A stretch of 63,399 nt of DNA, filler included, from Dimorphilus gyrociliatus (lineage: Eukaryota > Animalia > Annelida), in NCBI GenBank assembly GCA_904063045.1. It is 4 parts of 4 records of this genome, joined end to end, with 100 filler letters (N's around TTAATTAATTAA, not from the genome) between each part and the next. Parts side by side here need not be neighbours in the genome. Positions count along the whole stretch, not along the records: positions 1 to 28,619 come from CAJFCJ010000143.1; 3 more parts are not named here. One strand, written 5' to 3'. Made by a program: the position numbers and the translations under genes. The notes beneath the pieces are model-generated. The model was not told the DNA's origin and searched no databases. It saw only the letters and a program-made list of their open reading frames with translations. The first letter of the stretch is position 1. Each line of letters opens with the position of its first letter. This document shows, piece by piece, positions 1-12,060 of this stretch.

Positions 1-915
1 TACCATGTACCAACTTGCATGTATTATCATCCTTTTGTATTTCATATATCCACTTTGATGCATTGACTTTTGTTATTCGGTATGGGCCTAACCATTTTAA
101 AGAAGGATTTTTGTTTATTGCAATTCTTGCAGCATCATTTCTTAAGAATACTTCATCATCAACCTCAAAATATTTTGGAAGATTGAGATTTCTATTCTTT
201 CTTTCCCTATATTGTTCTTTTGCCATGATGGATTTACAGAAGGCTGTAGCTCTTAACTGTACTAATTGCTGCTGATGATTGAATACAAATAGTACATTTG
301 TTTCAGGAGAGGTAGTATGCATTGTTACATCAATCAGTGTTCTTGTGCTGGTGCCAAAAAGAAGTTCCTGGGGTGGTAGTCTTGTACTTCCTACAGGTGA
401 TTGATTCAAAAATGCTTGAATCAAGGGTAGGTTTGCAACCCAGTTATGCTGATTTTCTTCCACCACTAATTTATTGATTTCCTTCCTCACTTCTCTATTT
501 CTTCGTTCAACTAGTCCATTGCTCTGGCTTCTATAAGCTGTTGTTTGGATTTTCTCAATACCTAATACCTTCATAAACTCTTTAAAAGCTTTACCAACAA
601 AGTTTCTTCCTTGATCTGTCAACATTTGTTTTGGAATTCCAAAAATGGGAAAAAATCTGTTGAAAAGAAGGTTTGCAATTTCTTTACTGGTTTGCTGTTT
701 GAGTGCATATAAAACTGTGTATCTACTGAAATGATCCACTATCACAAGTATGAATCTGTATGACTTAACCATGGGTAAGGGTCCCATTATATCCATGGCT
801 ACCAACTCCATTGGTGATGCAGGGTGAAAGGTTTCTACCAAAGGGTATACTCTACTCCTACCATTCATTTGTTCACACAAAGTGCAATCCTTTATTGAAT
901 TCTCAATCATAATCT
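1..915 (-). CDS. Integrase (continuation of pol after a 1-nt frameshift), open to the window edge
   Basis: Manual translation: WHP|LKIMIENSIKDCTLC (HHCC), VAMDIMGP, LTDQG, NGLVERR (DDE), KWLGPYRI (GPY/F). One extra A in CCAAA would restore WHPKLK. Confidence 0.9.
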
Positions 916-3900
916 TTAATTTGGGTGCCAAAAGGTCTTTGTAATTATTTGTAATGTCATTCTGGGTCCATGGTGATTGTGAATTTTATTTTTATGGAAT
1001 TTAGGGAGCAGAGTTAGCATCAAATGGTCAGGTAAAACCAGAATGTTTCTTTCTTCAAGGATAATCCAGATCATTTCCTTGTGAACAAACATCTCCATTA
1101 TGAAAGGTGTAAAAGTTCCAAAATAAGGAATAGGTAGCTGACCATCCAATGTTAAATATTCTTTAATTGATTTTAAATTCACATCTTTTTCTTGCTCTGA
1201 CTGTAAGTCAACAGAAGACAAATCAATTTTCTCTTCACTGTTATCACTGGTAGCTACAAAAGTTAACTCTGGTGTATGTTCATACTGTTCCATTTTAACT
1301 GAAATAGAGGGAGAATTCTCCTTTTTGATCTTTCCATGAATTAGCTCTTCAAATGTTACTTTCCTTGGGGGTGTATATTCTTCTAATCTTGTTAATGCAT
1401 CTGCTCTATTTTTTCGTCCTGTCACATAGTTAATTGTAAATTTTAAATCCATTAAAGCCATGACCCATTTTGCTGTGCTGACATTCAATTTGTTTTGCTT
1501 AAATGTTTGTACTAGACTCTGATGGTCAGTATATAAAAAGAATGGCTTGTCTTGAAGGTAATGTAAAAATTTCTTTACAACCCAGTAAACCCCAAATGCT
1601 TCCTTTTGATAGGCTGCATATTTCATTTGATTATTGTTGAATTGTTTTGAAGCGTAGGCAATGGGTTTCATTGTTTTCTTCCCATTCTCATCTACATAAA
1701 CTTGTTCAAGAACTCCTCCTACAGCTACATTCGATGCATCTGTTGTTAAGTGAAAATCTTTAGCAAAATCAGGTAGTTGTAATACAGGAGGGTTAACTAC
1801 TGCATCTCTCAACTTGAAAAATGATTGCTTGGCTTCCTCAGTCCATTGCAATTTATCCTTTTTCCCATGTAGTTTCATTAACATATACAGAGGTTTAGCT
1901 ACTCTTGCAAAATCTTGTATAAATTTTCTGTAATAGCCACAAAATGCAACAAAGCTTAGTAGTGAATTTGCAAACACTGGTGGCTGTAAATTATATAATT
2001 TATCTGTCTTGGACTTATCTGTTTCAATCCCCTTTTCTGATACAATGTGTCCCAAGAATTGAACTTGTTCTTTCAAAAACACACATTTACTTAGTTTAAT
2101 CTTAAAATTGTACTTTTGAATCTGTTGAAGAATGGTCTCCAATGCTTCCCAATGTTGGTCCAGCGACTTGGTAAATATTATTATGTCATCAAGGTAGTTT
2201 AGGCACAAATGCTTTACATCCTTTAGCACAAATGAATTCATTACATAACTAAAATGAGGAGGGGCATTGGTTAATCCAAAAGGCATCTTAATAAATTCAA
2301 ACAAGCCAAAAGGTGTAATAAATGCTGTTTTAGACCTATCTTCTTTCTTGATGTTAATGTGGTGGTATGCACTTGTCAAATCCATTGTAGAAAAGAATTT
2401 ATTTCCTCCTCCCAAATGGTCAAAAAGATCATCTTGATTTGGCAGTGGATACTTGTTTTTAACTGTCATTTTGTTTAGTTTTCTATAATCTACACACATT
2501 CGTAGACTACCTTCCTTCTTTCTTACGAAAACAATTGGTGAAGCCCAATTGCTCTTGCTTGGTTGAATAACTTTGCTTTTTACCAATTCAGCTATCTGTT
2601 GCTTACATTCTTCTTGTTTTTGAGGAGGCATTCTATATGGCCTTTGTCTATATGGTGTTGAACCTGGTTCAAGAGTTATTTCCAAGGGTGGTACCTCTGG
2701 ATTGCCAATATCAAATCTGTCTTCTGCAATAGTTTCTTTATATTTTGCCAGAATTTGGGTAACTTTGTTCTTCATCTCGGGATTTTCTTGTTCAATTGTT
2801 GTCTGAAGGGTATGTATTTGACTCTCATTCTTTTTCATAATAAGAGGAACTGGGTAAAACCCTTTGAAAGATAAGTGTTGTGTTCCAACAGGGTAATTCT
2901 TTTCTGTACCTGGCTGGAGTATAATCTGTCTCTTGCCAAAGTCAAGGGTAGCTCCATTTTGTTGTAGAAAGTCACACCCAATAATACATTGTTGTGTAAT
3001 GATTTTGTTGATCAGAAAGCGTTGTTTAATAATCTTTTCATTAAAATAAAGTCTGAGAATGATTTCTCCACATATCTCGATGCTATTTCCTGAAGCATCT
3101 CTAGCATTTTTCACAGTTTGTTCTGGGAAGGATGCTTTTCCTTGAACTTGTCTTAATACCTTTTTTGAAATGAAAGATCTGTCACTACCAGAGTCTATCA
3201 AGGCATCAAACTTAAAACCAGTATTAGTTTCAAATTGTCCAATAAATGTTGAAGCATTTCGCTCAGATTGTTTGCTTTGTAACAGCTGACAAGTGGATTC
3301 GTCACTATCTGAAAAACAGAGAATATCTTGAACTTCGTCGTTTTCTGACATGCTTTCATTGTCTAATGTTTCTAATTTTTGTAGCTTAGGTTCCTCTTTC
3401 AGTATCGTCTTTGCTGGTTGATTTTTCTTATAATACCTATTTGTTGTAGTTGGTGCATACTTTTGGACTTTTTGGCTTGAAAACTTTTCTTTAGTAGCAT
3501 TTTTGTTGTCAGGTACATGCTTTCTATTCCAGAAATTTGGGGTTTCTGTAGAAGCATCTTTTCTGATTACCTGGGTCTTTTTGGTCTCTTTTCTTTGTTG
3601 AGTTTCCAATTTTGACACCATTGTGATCGGTTTTCTTTGAGTTAGTTTTAATGAAGTTTCTGCTTGCTTAGCAGCCTCATATAGTTCTGCCAATGTTTGA
3701 CATTTAGGATGTAAGGTGTACACTAAATGTAGAATATCCTGTTGTAATCCTCTTTGTAAAACTTCCATCAGTTTTATTTCTTTCATAGTTGCAAGCAATT
3801 GTGGTTCCATTGGTCTAGGTGGAGAAAACCTCTTTATCAATTTCTTTGCTCTATTAACAAACTGAACCACACTTTCGCCATTCATTTGCTTTAAGTTAAG

Positions 3901-4422
3901 CAATTTCTCCTGATACTCCAAAGGATCTAGATCAAATTCGTCATGGAGGGCTTTCCATATTTCCTCCACAGTAGGCTCTCCATCCAGAGCCAACACCAAA
4001 TCCTTTGCAGGACCAGTTAAATAATCTAAAAGATTTGCTTTCACAACATCTTCTCCTATCCAACCATAAGCATAACATGCCTGATTAAAGTCTTCTTTGA
4101 ATTTTGAACACTCCTTGCTTCCATCATACAACTTGAGAATAGTTCTTTGAGGGCGGTCCCAAGCAGCCCTTAATGCTTGAATTACTGTTGTGATATCAAC
4201 ATTTGGGTTCTGTGCTGGGTGATGTGTTCCATCTCCATGATCTGTTGGAATTGTGATTCGATTTCTTTTCATTTCACTCACCAATCTATCATAGTCTTCA
4301 ATTAGTCTTTGTTGCCTTTCTGACATTCCTGCTGGCTGAATTGTAATTGTTGGAGTTGCTGGGGTTGAAGGGTTAGAGTCTGTAACTGCCCCAGTGGCGT
4401 TTCCATTTCCTCCTTCTGCCAT
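916..4422 (-). CDS. gag-pol: Single-ORF Gag-Pol: gag, aspartic protease, reverse transcriptase, RNase H, start of integrase
   Basis: LIDSGS protease, YLDD RT, TDASNVAVGGVL/TDHQSL RNase H motifs. True start is probably MAEGG (ATG at 4422) because the upstream part of the track ORF lies in the LTR/PBS. Confidence 0.92.
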   Translation of the reverse strand: MAEGGNGNATGAVTDSNPSTPATPTITIQPAGMSERQQRLIEDYDRLVSEMKRNRITIPTDHGDGTHHPAQNPNVDITTVIQALRAAWDRPQRTILKLYDGSKECSKFKEDFNQACYAYGWIGEDVVKANLLDYLTGPAKDLVLALDGEPTVEEIWKALHDEFDLDPLEYQEKLLNLKQMNGESVVQFVNRAKKLIKRFSPPRPMEPQLLATMKEIKLMEVLQRGLQQDILHLVYTLHPKCQTLAELYEAAKQAETSLKLTQRKPITMVSKLETQQRKETKKTQVIRKDASTETPNFWNRKHVPDNKNATKEKFSSQKVQKYAPTTTNRYYKKNQPAKTILKEEPKLQKLETLDNESMSENDEVQDILCFSDSDESTCQLLQSKQSERNASTFIGQFETNTGFKFDALIDSGSDRSFISKKVLRQVQGKASFPEQTVKNARDASGNSIEICGEIILRLYFNEKIIKQRFLINKIITQQCIIGCDFLQQNGATLDFGKRQIILQPGTEKNYPVGTQHLSFKGFYPVPLIMKKNESQIHTLQTTIEQENPEMKNKVTQILAKYKETIAEDRFDIGNPEVPPLEITLEPGSTPYRQRPYRMPPQKQEECKQQIAELVKSKVIQPSKSNWASPIVFVRKKEGSLRMCVDYRKLNKMTVKNKYPLPNQDDLFDHLGGGNKFFSTMDLTSAYHHINIKKEDRSKTAFITPFGLFEFIKMPFGLTNAPPHFSYVMNSFVLKDVKHLCLNYLDDIIIFTKSLDQHWEALETILQQIQKYNFKIKLSKCVFLKEQVQFLGHIVSEKGIETDKSKTDKLYNLQPPVFANSLLSFVAFCGYYRKFIQDFARVAKPLYMLMKLHGKKDKLQWTEEAKQSFFKLRDAVVNPPVLQLPDFAKDFHLTTDASNVAVGGVLEQVYVDENGKKTMKPIAYASKQFNNNQMKYAAYQKEAFGVYWVVKKFLHYLQDKPFFLYTDHQSLVQTFKQNKLNVSTAKWVMALMDLKFTINYVTGRKNRADALTRLEEYTPPRKVTFEELIHGKIKKENSPSISVKMEQYEHTPELTFVATSDNSEEKIDLSSVDLQSEQEKDVNLKSIKEYLTLDGQLPIPYFGTFTPFIMEMFVHKEMIWIILEERNILVLPDHLMLTLLPKFHKNKIHNHHGPRMTLQIITKTFWHPN

Positions 4423-4460
4423 ATTTACTTTCTCAAAACTTTTGAATAAACCAAAAGAAT

Positions 4461-4478
4461 ATCCTGTCGACTGCGCCA
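4461..4478 (-). promoter_or_regulatory. Primer-binding site complementary to a tRNA-Ser 3' end
   Basis: Minus TGGCGCAGTCGACAGGAT; plus ATCCTGTCGACTGCGCCA resembles eukaryotic tRNA-Ser 3' end ...ATCCTGCCGACT(A/G)CG-CCA. Confidence 0.8.
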
Positions 4479-4482
4479 AATT

Positions 4483-5117
4483 TGTACTGCTCTTGCTGGC
4501 AAAATCTATGCGTTTGCAAGTTATAACAATACTGGTTCTACTCGAACCTTTAAACAAATGTTTAAATTAAAATGGTTTATTCGCAATAATAATACTTAAG
4601 CAAGTAACAATATGAGAGTTCGATAGCAGAGTAGATAGTTTGTAAAAGCAGGTTGCCAAATTACCAAACTGTCTTCTAATGTTGAGGAGTAGATGGATGG
4701 TTCCAGTGGAGGTTGTTTCCAGATGATTTTCCCAGGTCCTTGGGTCCAGATGGAAGCTGCATGCCAAATGAGAATAATGAGGATTTATATACTTTGAGGT
4801 TTGTCTCTGACATCCAATCATCACTTTACAGTTGCCGAAATGTGTAGTTCATATTTATCTTTAGTAACAGGATGTTACAAGGTTCAACATTTAGGAAGGT
4901 TAATTGAATTATAACTTGGCCACACCCTAGGCAAGTTAATTAAATTATAACTTGGCCAAACCTTTATTGGTAATTAAAGATGAGCCTTCAAGCTGACTAA
5001 TCAGACTTATGTTTGGCCAATGTTATAGCATTTTCTTGCGTAGGTTTTAAGATGTACATGTATATGTTGCATAAAATAATAGAGTTCAAGCATGTAAAAT
5101 ATAACCAAAGTTGTACA
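4483..5117 (-). repeat. 5' LTR (~635 bp)
   Basis: Minus strand begins TGTACAAC and ends GCAGTACA (inverted TGTAC termini), 4 nt before the PBS; same TGTACAAC terminus in the related copy at 58628. Confidence 0.8.
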
Positions 5118-5126
5118 ATAGGATGG

Positions 5127-7116
5127 TTAATATTTTAATTTAGAATATAATTTAAACAAATCTCTCAGATTTTTACATTGATTTTCATTTAAATCACATT
5201 CAGACAAGTCAAGATTATTCAAAGTGTTTAATGATTGTTCAAGTCCTTTACAAATATCTAAAAATCCATTTTCCATATCTTTATTCTCGCTTAAAGTTAT
5301 TGTTTCAATCTTAGAACAATTTTTTAATAAATTTCCTAACATTCTGCTTTGCATCTCATATAAAACACATCCAGACAAATTCAGACTCTTCAAACTGTTT
5401 GATGATTGATGAAGTCCTTCACAAATATTCAAAAATCCATTTTCCATATTTTCATTCCAATTTAAAGTTATTGTTTCTATTTTAGAACAATTTTTCAGTA
5501 AATTTCCCAAGTTTTTACTTTGCTCTTCAGTTAAATCACAGGAAGATAGGTCAAGCTTCTTTAATGTATTTGATGAATTTTGAAGACCTTCACATATGTT
5601 AAAAAACCCATTTCCCATTGTTTTGTTCCAACTCAAAGTTATTGATTGGATTTTCCTGCAATTTTTCCAGAATTTTGCATGATTTTTTATTCAAATCACA
5701 ACAAGACAAATCAAGACTTTTTAAAGTGGTTGATGATTGTTGAAGCCCTTTGCAAATATCCAAAAATCTATTTCATATTGTTTTATTCCAACATAGTTTT
5801 ATTGTTTCAATTTTAGAACAATTTTTAAGCAAATTTTTTAAGTTTTTACTTTGTTCATCATTCAAATCGCAACAAGCCAAATTAAGGCTCTTTAAAGAGT
5901 TTGCGGATTTTTGAAGTCCCTCACACACAGTTAAAAAACCATTTCCCATATTCTGATTCTCACTTAAAGTTATTGTTTCTATTTCAGAACAATTTACAAG
6001 TACATTACCTAAGCTTGTACTTTGTTTTTCATTTAATTTACAATATGACAAATTGACACTCCTTAAAGTGTTTGATGATTGTTGAAGCCCTTCACAAATA
6101 TCCAAAAATGTATTGCCTATTTCTTGATTCTCACTTAAATTTAACATTTCTATATGGAAAAAATTTTTAAACAAATTTCCCAATTTATTACTTTGCTTGT
6201 CATTTAAATTACATCCAGACAAATCTAGACTCTTTAAAGTGTTTGAGGTTGATTCCAGTCCTTTACAGATATCCAAAAATCCACTTTCCATTGTTGTATT
6301 CAAACTTAAAGTTATTGTTTCTATTCTTGAACAATTTTTAAGCAAATTTCCTAAACTTCTACTTTGCTTTTCATTCAAATCACAGGAAGACAAATTGAGG
6401 CTCTTTAAAGTGTTTGATGATTGATGAAGTCCATTGAAAATATCCAATAAGCCATTTTCCATTGTTGTATTCAAACTTAAAGTTATTGTTTCTATTCTTG
6501 AACAATTTTTTAGCAAATTTCCCAAGCTTCTACTTTGTTCTTCATTCAAATCACAGGAAGACAAGTCGAGATACTTTAAAGTATTTGACGATTGTTGAAG
6601 TCCATTGCAAATATCCAAAAATCCACTTCACATTCTTTTATTCCAATTTAAAGTTATTGTTTCAATTTTAGAACAATTTTTCAGCAAATTTCCTAAGTTT
6701 TTACTTTGTTCTTCATTCAAATAACATACAGACATGTTAATATTCTTTATAGTGTTTGATGATTCTTGAAATCCTTTGCAAATATTATAAAAGCCATTTC
6801 CCACCCTTTCATTCAAACAATAAAGCATTGTTTTCATCTGATGATTTATGGATAAATTTTTATTTTTTGTTAATTTTTTAACTGTTTTGTCCAATCTATT
6901 CTTTGGCGAGTAAATAGTATAAACGTCTTTCTGTGTTATCTTTTCCCTGCATTCTGGACAGGAAATTTGGTTTTTTGTGATTGGTAATTGACTTAAACAG
7001 CTGAAGCAAAACGTATGTTGACATTGAAAGGCTCTTGGATCATTTTCCAGCCAAGAGTATTTGCAAATAGGGCACTGAAATTCTTTCTGTTTCATATAAT
7101 GAGTACCTGCAGCCAT
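5127..7116 (-). pseudogene. RING finger + RNI-like 28-aa leucine-rich-repeat gene, disrupted
   Basis: C3HC4 RING (CPIC..CQHTFCFSC..CPEC), then many LKxLDLSxCxL/IETITLSxN repeats. In-frame TGA at 6628-6630 and 5773-5775 and a frameshift near 5660-5690. Confidence 0.85.
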
Positions 7117-7352
7117 TTTTTACCAGTAGTCCTAAACTCTAATTTTTTGAGGGAAGTTATTAAGTAATCTATTATCTATTTATTACTAATTGATTATTGT
7201 CAATTTCTCATCTCCTTACAGATAGCCAAGTTTTTCGACACTATATTGCTTACAGTGTACTTTTCTCAGGTTAGAAAATGGTTTTAAATATAAATTTGTG
7301 GTTTTAAGAATGGTTTTAAGAGTGGTTGTAACATTCATGTGGATCAGTGCGA

Positions 7353-7431
7353 ATAGGGGTGAAACCGTACCTGAGTAAAACCATAACCATACCCATACCG
7401 GGTGAAGCCATACCTGGGTGAAACTGTACCC
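7353..7431. repeat. Short GGGTGAAAC..TACC repeats resembling a solo MULE-type terminal repeat
   Basis: Motif style similar to the TIR at 53641-53700 (AATAGGGTG..GTACCTG). Confidence 0.35.
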
Positions 7432-7798
7432 TTGAAATTCTAGAGATATTATTTATTAATTCTGAAGAAAAGCATACAAAATATAAAGAAAATGAGATTA
7501 AAAAACATTTAATTATAAAAGATAAATATATCTGGAGTTAAGTTTGGGATATCTGGTGTTCTTAAACAAACAGCACTGTTCAATGATCATAGAGTGGTAC
7601 TAAATCACGCATATAATATATTTTAAGGATAGATGGCGCTTATGAATACCATGCTGTCATCTAGTAATACTCTGAGTTACATATGAATGAAAAGCCATTT
7701 TATTTAATTTTACAATTTTAAAAAGTATATTGAAAGTTTAGCTGATTTATAAAAAAAGTCTTAGACAGACTAACAAATCTAAAAAATGTTAATAGATT

Positions 7799-8818
7799 TT
7801 AATTTAAAAAGTTTTTAATGGTCTTAGAGTAAACAACATCATTAGCATTGATGAACCAACATTTAGATTTTCCTCTCCAAATAATTTCACTACTAACAAT
7901 TCTGTCATTAATTTTCACAGATGATCTTTCCTTATCTTGAATTGTTTGGTAAAATTCATAGGAATTTTTTATAGCTTGACCCAAAAGTCCAGAAGCTGAT
8001 GTATAAGAATTAAGGTTGCTTATATAAACGTTTAAATACGAGCTGATTAGAGAATTCCTTGACCTTTGTACAAAAAATCTATGTTCGCCGTGACTGTTTT
8101 GAGACCTTTCAATGATTAGGCTCAATACATCATCTTTTATATTGATTTGTATATTTCTTTCATGTTTTTGAAATTCAAAAACTTCATTATGCCAACCAAT
8201 GATATTTCTGTCCTGCCAAACAATCTCATCCGTATTTACCTCGACAAATTGTTCGTCAATATAGAATTGAATTTTATGCATATAATAATCATCTTTCAAT
8301 ACTCCAAATATGGTAATATTGTCATTGTTGTCGTGAAAAATGTTTATTCTATCCCCTTTCTAGAGCTAACATCAAAGCATACATTTTCAAGGGTTTTATC
8401 TCTTTTATCTGAAACAAGCAGCTTAAAATGGGGATCCCCGTTTCCACCAGGAGGATCGTGTACATCAATTGTCACCGTAAATGTGAACCCACCGCATTGA
8501 ATTGGTATTGCAACACTTTCAGAAGTCTCCTCTACACCATCAGCTATTAGAGATACAGCTGCCGTGGATGTTTGATATGCACCGATTGACAAGGAAGTAG
8601 GCTGCTTGAAAGTATAGTCAGAGTTTGTTGATGATAATCTAAAAGCGTATTTTGCAGTGTCAAAAAAACTGTAACATATTGTCTAATTACGTGCAGGTCA
8701 AAGGGCCAGATTCTGCGATCACTTTTATTTCCATGTCATTACCCTCTACAAAGGGACCAGGTCCAACAGGAGTGGCAGAGCCAGGTGATCCTAAAGCGGA
8801 TACTTTTCCAACGTCTGA
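7799..8818 (-). CDS. Calx-beta-like domain followed by ITIH C-terminal-like (GDPHF...GLLGQ) domain; 5' exons not located
   Basis: Short GT-AG intron (~8639-8690) joins exons in frame; LIADGVEETSESV Calx-beta-like; GNGDPHF, VCFDV, SGLLGQ. One missing G in GGGG near 8355 restores the frame. Confidence 0.65.
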
Positions 8819-10103
8819 TTGATTTTTTAATTCAAAATACTTTTTAAACTATTCACTTTGACAAATAATCAGGACGGATATAAAAATATATATTAACATT
8901 TTAACTCGTTTATTCAACTTGGAGGATAAGAAATAAGTTGTTGATATTTTTTAGAGAGATTTCAATGCGATTTGAGTAATAAATAACTGAGAAGCAGAAT
9001 TTATTGAAATTTTATTTGGAATGATTATTCATAGGATTTTTTCTCTTTTGAAAACAGAATGATAGTAGTAAACAAGTTTCAGCCTTTGTTTGATCCATTT
9101 ATCTTATTCCAATATCTTAGTCACCAGTTTACTAATGCAAAGAGATGAAAAATTCCCGCAATAGATGTGGGAAGAGCATTGAAAGAATTTTAAAGTTGAG
9201 TTAAGAGGTCACCGCCTCTATTGTATAACAAAACATTTTTTGAACGACAAAGATCTATTATGATATCTTCTTTGACATATTATTCAATGAACAATACAGA
9301 TGATTTTCGTGGGAAAATCCTGTGTTCATCATACAACAAAGTATATCTCAAAAGTACCAAAACATAAAGACAATCTAAGCTTTTCTGTAGATTCAAGTAT
9401 GCTGTTCTCTTTTTCGATTTCAATTCTCTTTACCAATACAACCCAGCTTCTCTTTGTGGACGATCTCTATCTCTTTTTTGGACGTTATCTGTTTCTTCTG
9501 TGGACATTGGGATAATTCAGATTTTTTTTTTAATTAAATTATTTCTCAAAGTTGATGTAATAAGAGATAAAAGTTCATTGTAGAAAATGTCGAAGTCACT
9601 ATCATCGTGTATTTTCAGGCTGCTGACCTAAAATATAGTGACGACTAAAAATTTCAAAATGATGATTTAAAAATATAAAATATTTTTTTTGGAAACTATC
9701 TCTCAATCATATATTTTAATTTGCTTTTAATGAGGCATTTAGACACACAAAAGGAAGTTTAATCCACCAAAACTCTATCTAGAATTAAAACCAAACCTAT
9801 CTCACCCTTTGGTGTTCTAATTTTCAAAATAAGTACAATGGGAAAAAATTTACCTCATCATTTAAAGAGACATCAAAAACCTACTTGTTGTGAAATCTTA
9901 TGAAGCAAATATAGCTTTAGGTTAAAGAAATTGACTCTAATTATAATATTAGGCCAAGAACTACAAATTATGTTTTGAAGGTGAAAGAATAAACTGATAA
10001 AAAATTTAATCTGAAAAACTAATCGGATAACTTCTTATCATTTTGTATAAAAGCTTTGATTTTTCTTTTATTTAAACAATGTAAAATGTTTTTTGCAAGA
10101 AAA

Positions 10104-12060
10104 ATGAAATTAATATTATCGATTTTATTATGTAAATATTTTGTTTTTCATTTCATTCTAACAATTCTAATTTTTTATCCTAAATTTTTTTACAGTATTA
10201 TCATTGGCTGAATGGAACTTTTCTCAGTTTGTTTGTCCACTTAACTCTGAATTAAAACCAGTTGATGGCTCCTATCCAGATCCGGAGTACTGTGGCACAT
10301 ATTATCATTGTATTAATGGTACAGCTTATCCTCAACAATGTCCTCCTGGACTATTCTTTACAATCTCCTTAACCAATTGTAAATATTCCATGTGTGTTGA
10401 GCCACATGAGGCTGAATGTCCTGGAGGAGAGTCATCCATGATCAATAAGTCTGACAATGATTTAGAGTGTTCAAGAGAGGATGATTCTCAAATTACCTTT
10501 CAGAAGGCTTGTTATGTGAAAAATGATGACTGTGAGGGAGGCCTGAATGGCACATTCCCCAACAAAAATGATTGTAGGCAATACTATCATTGCTATAATG
10601 GAGTTGCTTGGCCACAGCAATGTCCATTGGGTTTTTTCTTTAGTCCTACACTAAACGTCCGAGATTGCTCTAGTAGAATATGTGTTACTGCTGAAGAGTC
10701 TAAATGTCCTGTAGCAGGAGGATGGTCCGAATGGTCTGAATGGAGTGAATGCAATCCAAGCTGTGGAGATGGTTTAAAAACAAGAACAAGAACTTGTACA
10801 AATCCTCCACCACCTAATGGAGGATTGAATTGTCCAGGAAATTCAGTTGATGTAGAATTATGTTTAAATCCTGCTTGTAATTTAGATAAAAACCCTGCAT
10901 TTATGGTATCTTTAACAAGAACTACAAGCACCGGAACAGGAAAACTTTTATGGCATAAAGTAAATTATGATAATGGAAATTTATTTAATTCAGCCACAAA
11001 CTCAATGAATGTAACAAAAACTGGATTATACTTTCTTTCATATACTGGTACAACATACTCATCTACTTCAAGAAGCTACTTAGCGAGATTAGCAAATGTT
11101 GGTTTTGATGTATCTGTCTATCAGAGTAAAAGTTATCATCGAGATACTTTTACAACTTCTGGAATGTATTCATTAACTACCCTTACACAACCTTTTATAC
11201 ATCATAACATCAATACTCAATCTGTTGGTACTGAAAACGGGTGTGAAACATCTTGGTCTGGTTTTCATTACGATTCTAAAAATGCTTTTTTTCTTGGTAG
11301 AATGTCAAATTATCTTTTAACTGGAAACAAAATTCCTCTACAGACGATTGTTACTTTGAGAGGAGCATCTGTGAATACTGCTAGAACTGAGGTAACAGTA
11401 GCAACAAAAGGATGGTATTTCATTAATTTTGGAAGTGGATTTTTCACTTTTAGAAAATGTTTAGTGGCTTTACTATTAAATGATGAACCAGTATCTAATG
11501 ATAGAATGGTAGTTAAGGAAAATTCTTTGAGGGAAGTCAATCAAGCTTCCAGAGGGATTATGCTTCAGCTAAATGCAAATGACAGACTATCCTTAAAATT
11601 GGTTGAAGGAACTACAAGATCAACTACTATGTATACTTACTTATCAGGATTTAAAATCAATGCATCTGAACAATATCCAGCATTTTATGCTTATAGAACC
11701 AATAATTTACAAACATCTGTTAGGGTAAATATTGGCTATCAGCAAATTGTTCTTGACACAAATTCTGGTTGGAATTCAGTAGATAATACATATAAAGTTG
11801 CAGTTTCCGGTTTATATTATATTGACCTATCCGTTGGATCATGGCCATTTTCTCAAACTATAGTATACGTTAAGGTAAATAATGAACACAAAATGCATAT
11901 GCAAAGATTAAGAAGTAGACCAGCTACTGAGGTTATGAGTAGAGGAGGATTGCTAGAATTGCAACTAGGCGACATTGTATCAATAGAGACAGGTCACCGG
12001 TTGTTTAATGACAAATGGAAAGTAACATCTATTGCTTTATTTTATGTTTCGTCTTTATAG
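10104..12060 (+). CDS. Secreted protein: 2x chitin-binding peritrophin-A (CBM14), TSP1, 3x C1q-like domains
   Basis: Signal-peptide exon 10104-10131 (MKLILSILL) spliced GT..AG to 10196 gives MKLILSILLLLSLA|EW; CxxYYHCxNG..CPxGxFF twice; WSEWSEWSECNPSCG TSP1; three GLY(F/Y)-type C1q repeats. Confidence 0.85.

Larger units (their letters stand above)
1..5117 (-). mobile_element. Ty3/Gypsy LTR retrotransposon (5' LTR, PBS, gag-pol); 3' end lies outside the window
   Basis: Domain order PR-RT-RNaseH-IN, TG..CA LTR, tRNA primer-binding site directly inside the LTR. Confidence 0.95.

Noticed and set aside
15-275. Plus-strand 86-aa ORF and similar shadow ORFs (5224, 6197, 6462, 10593, 30854, 40171, 52538, 57551, 60809)
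   Set aside because: Antisense to well-supported coding regions, no motifs
4423-4557. N-terminal 45 codons of the 1213-aa track ORF
   Set aside because: They overlap the PBS and LTR; the first ATG after the PBS is at 4422
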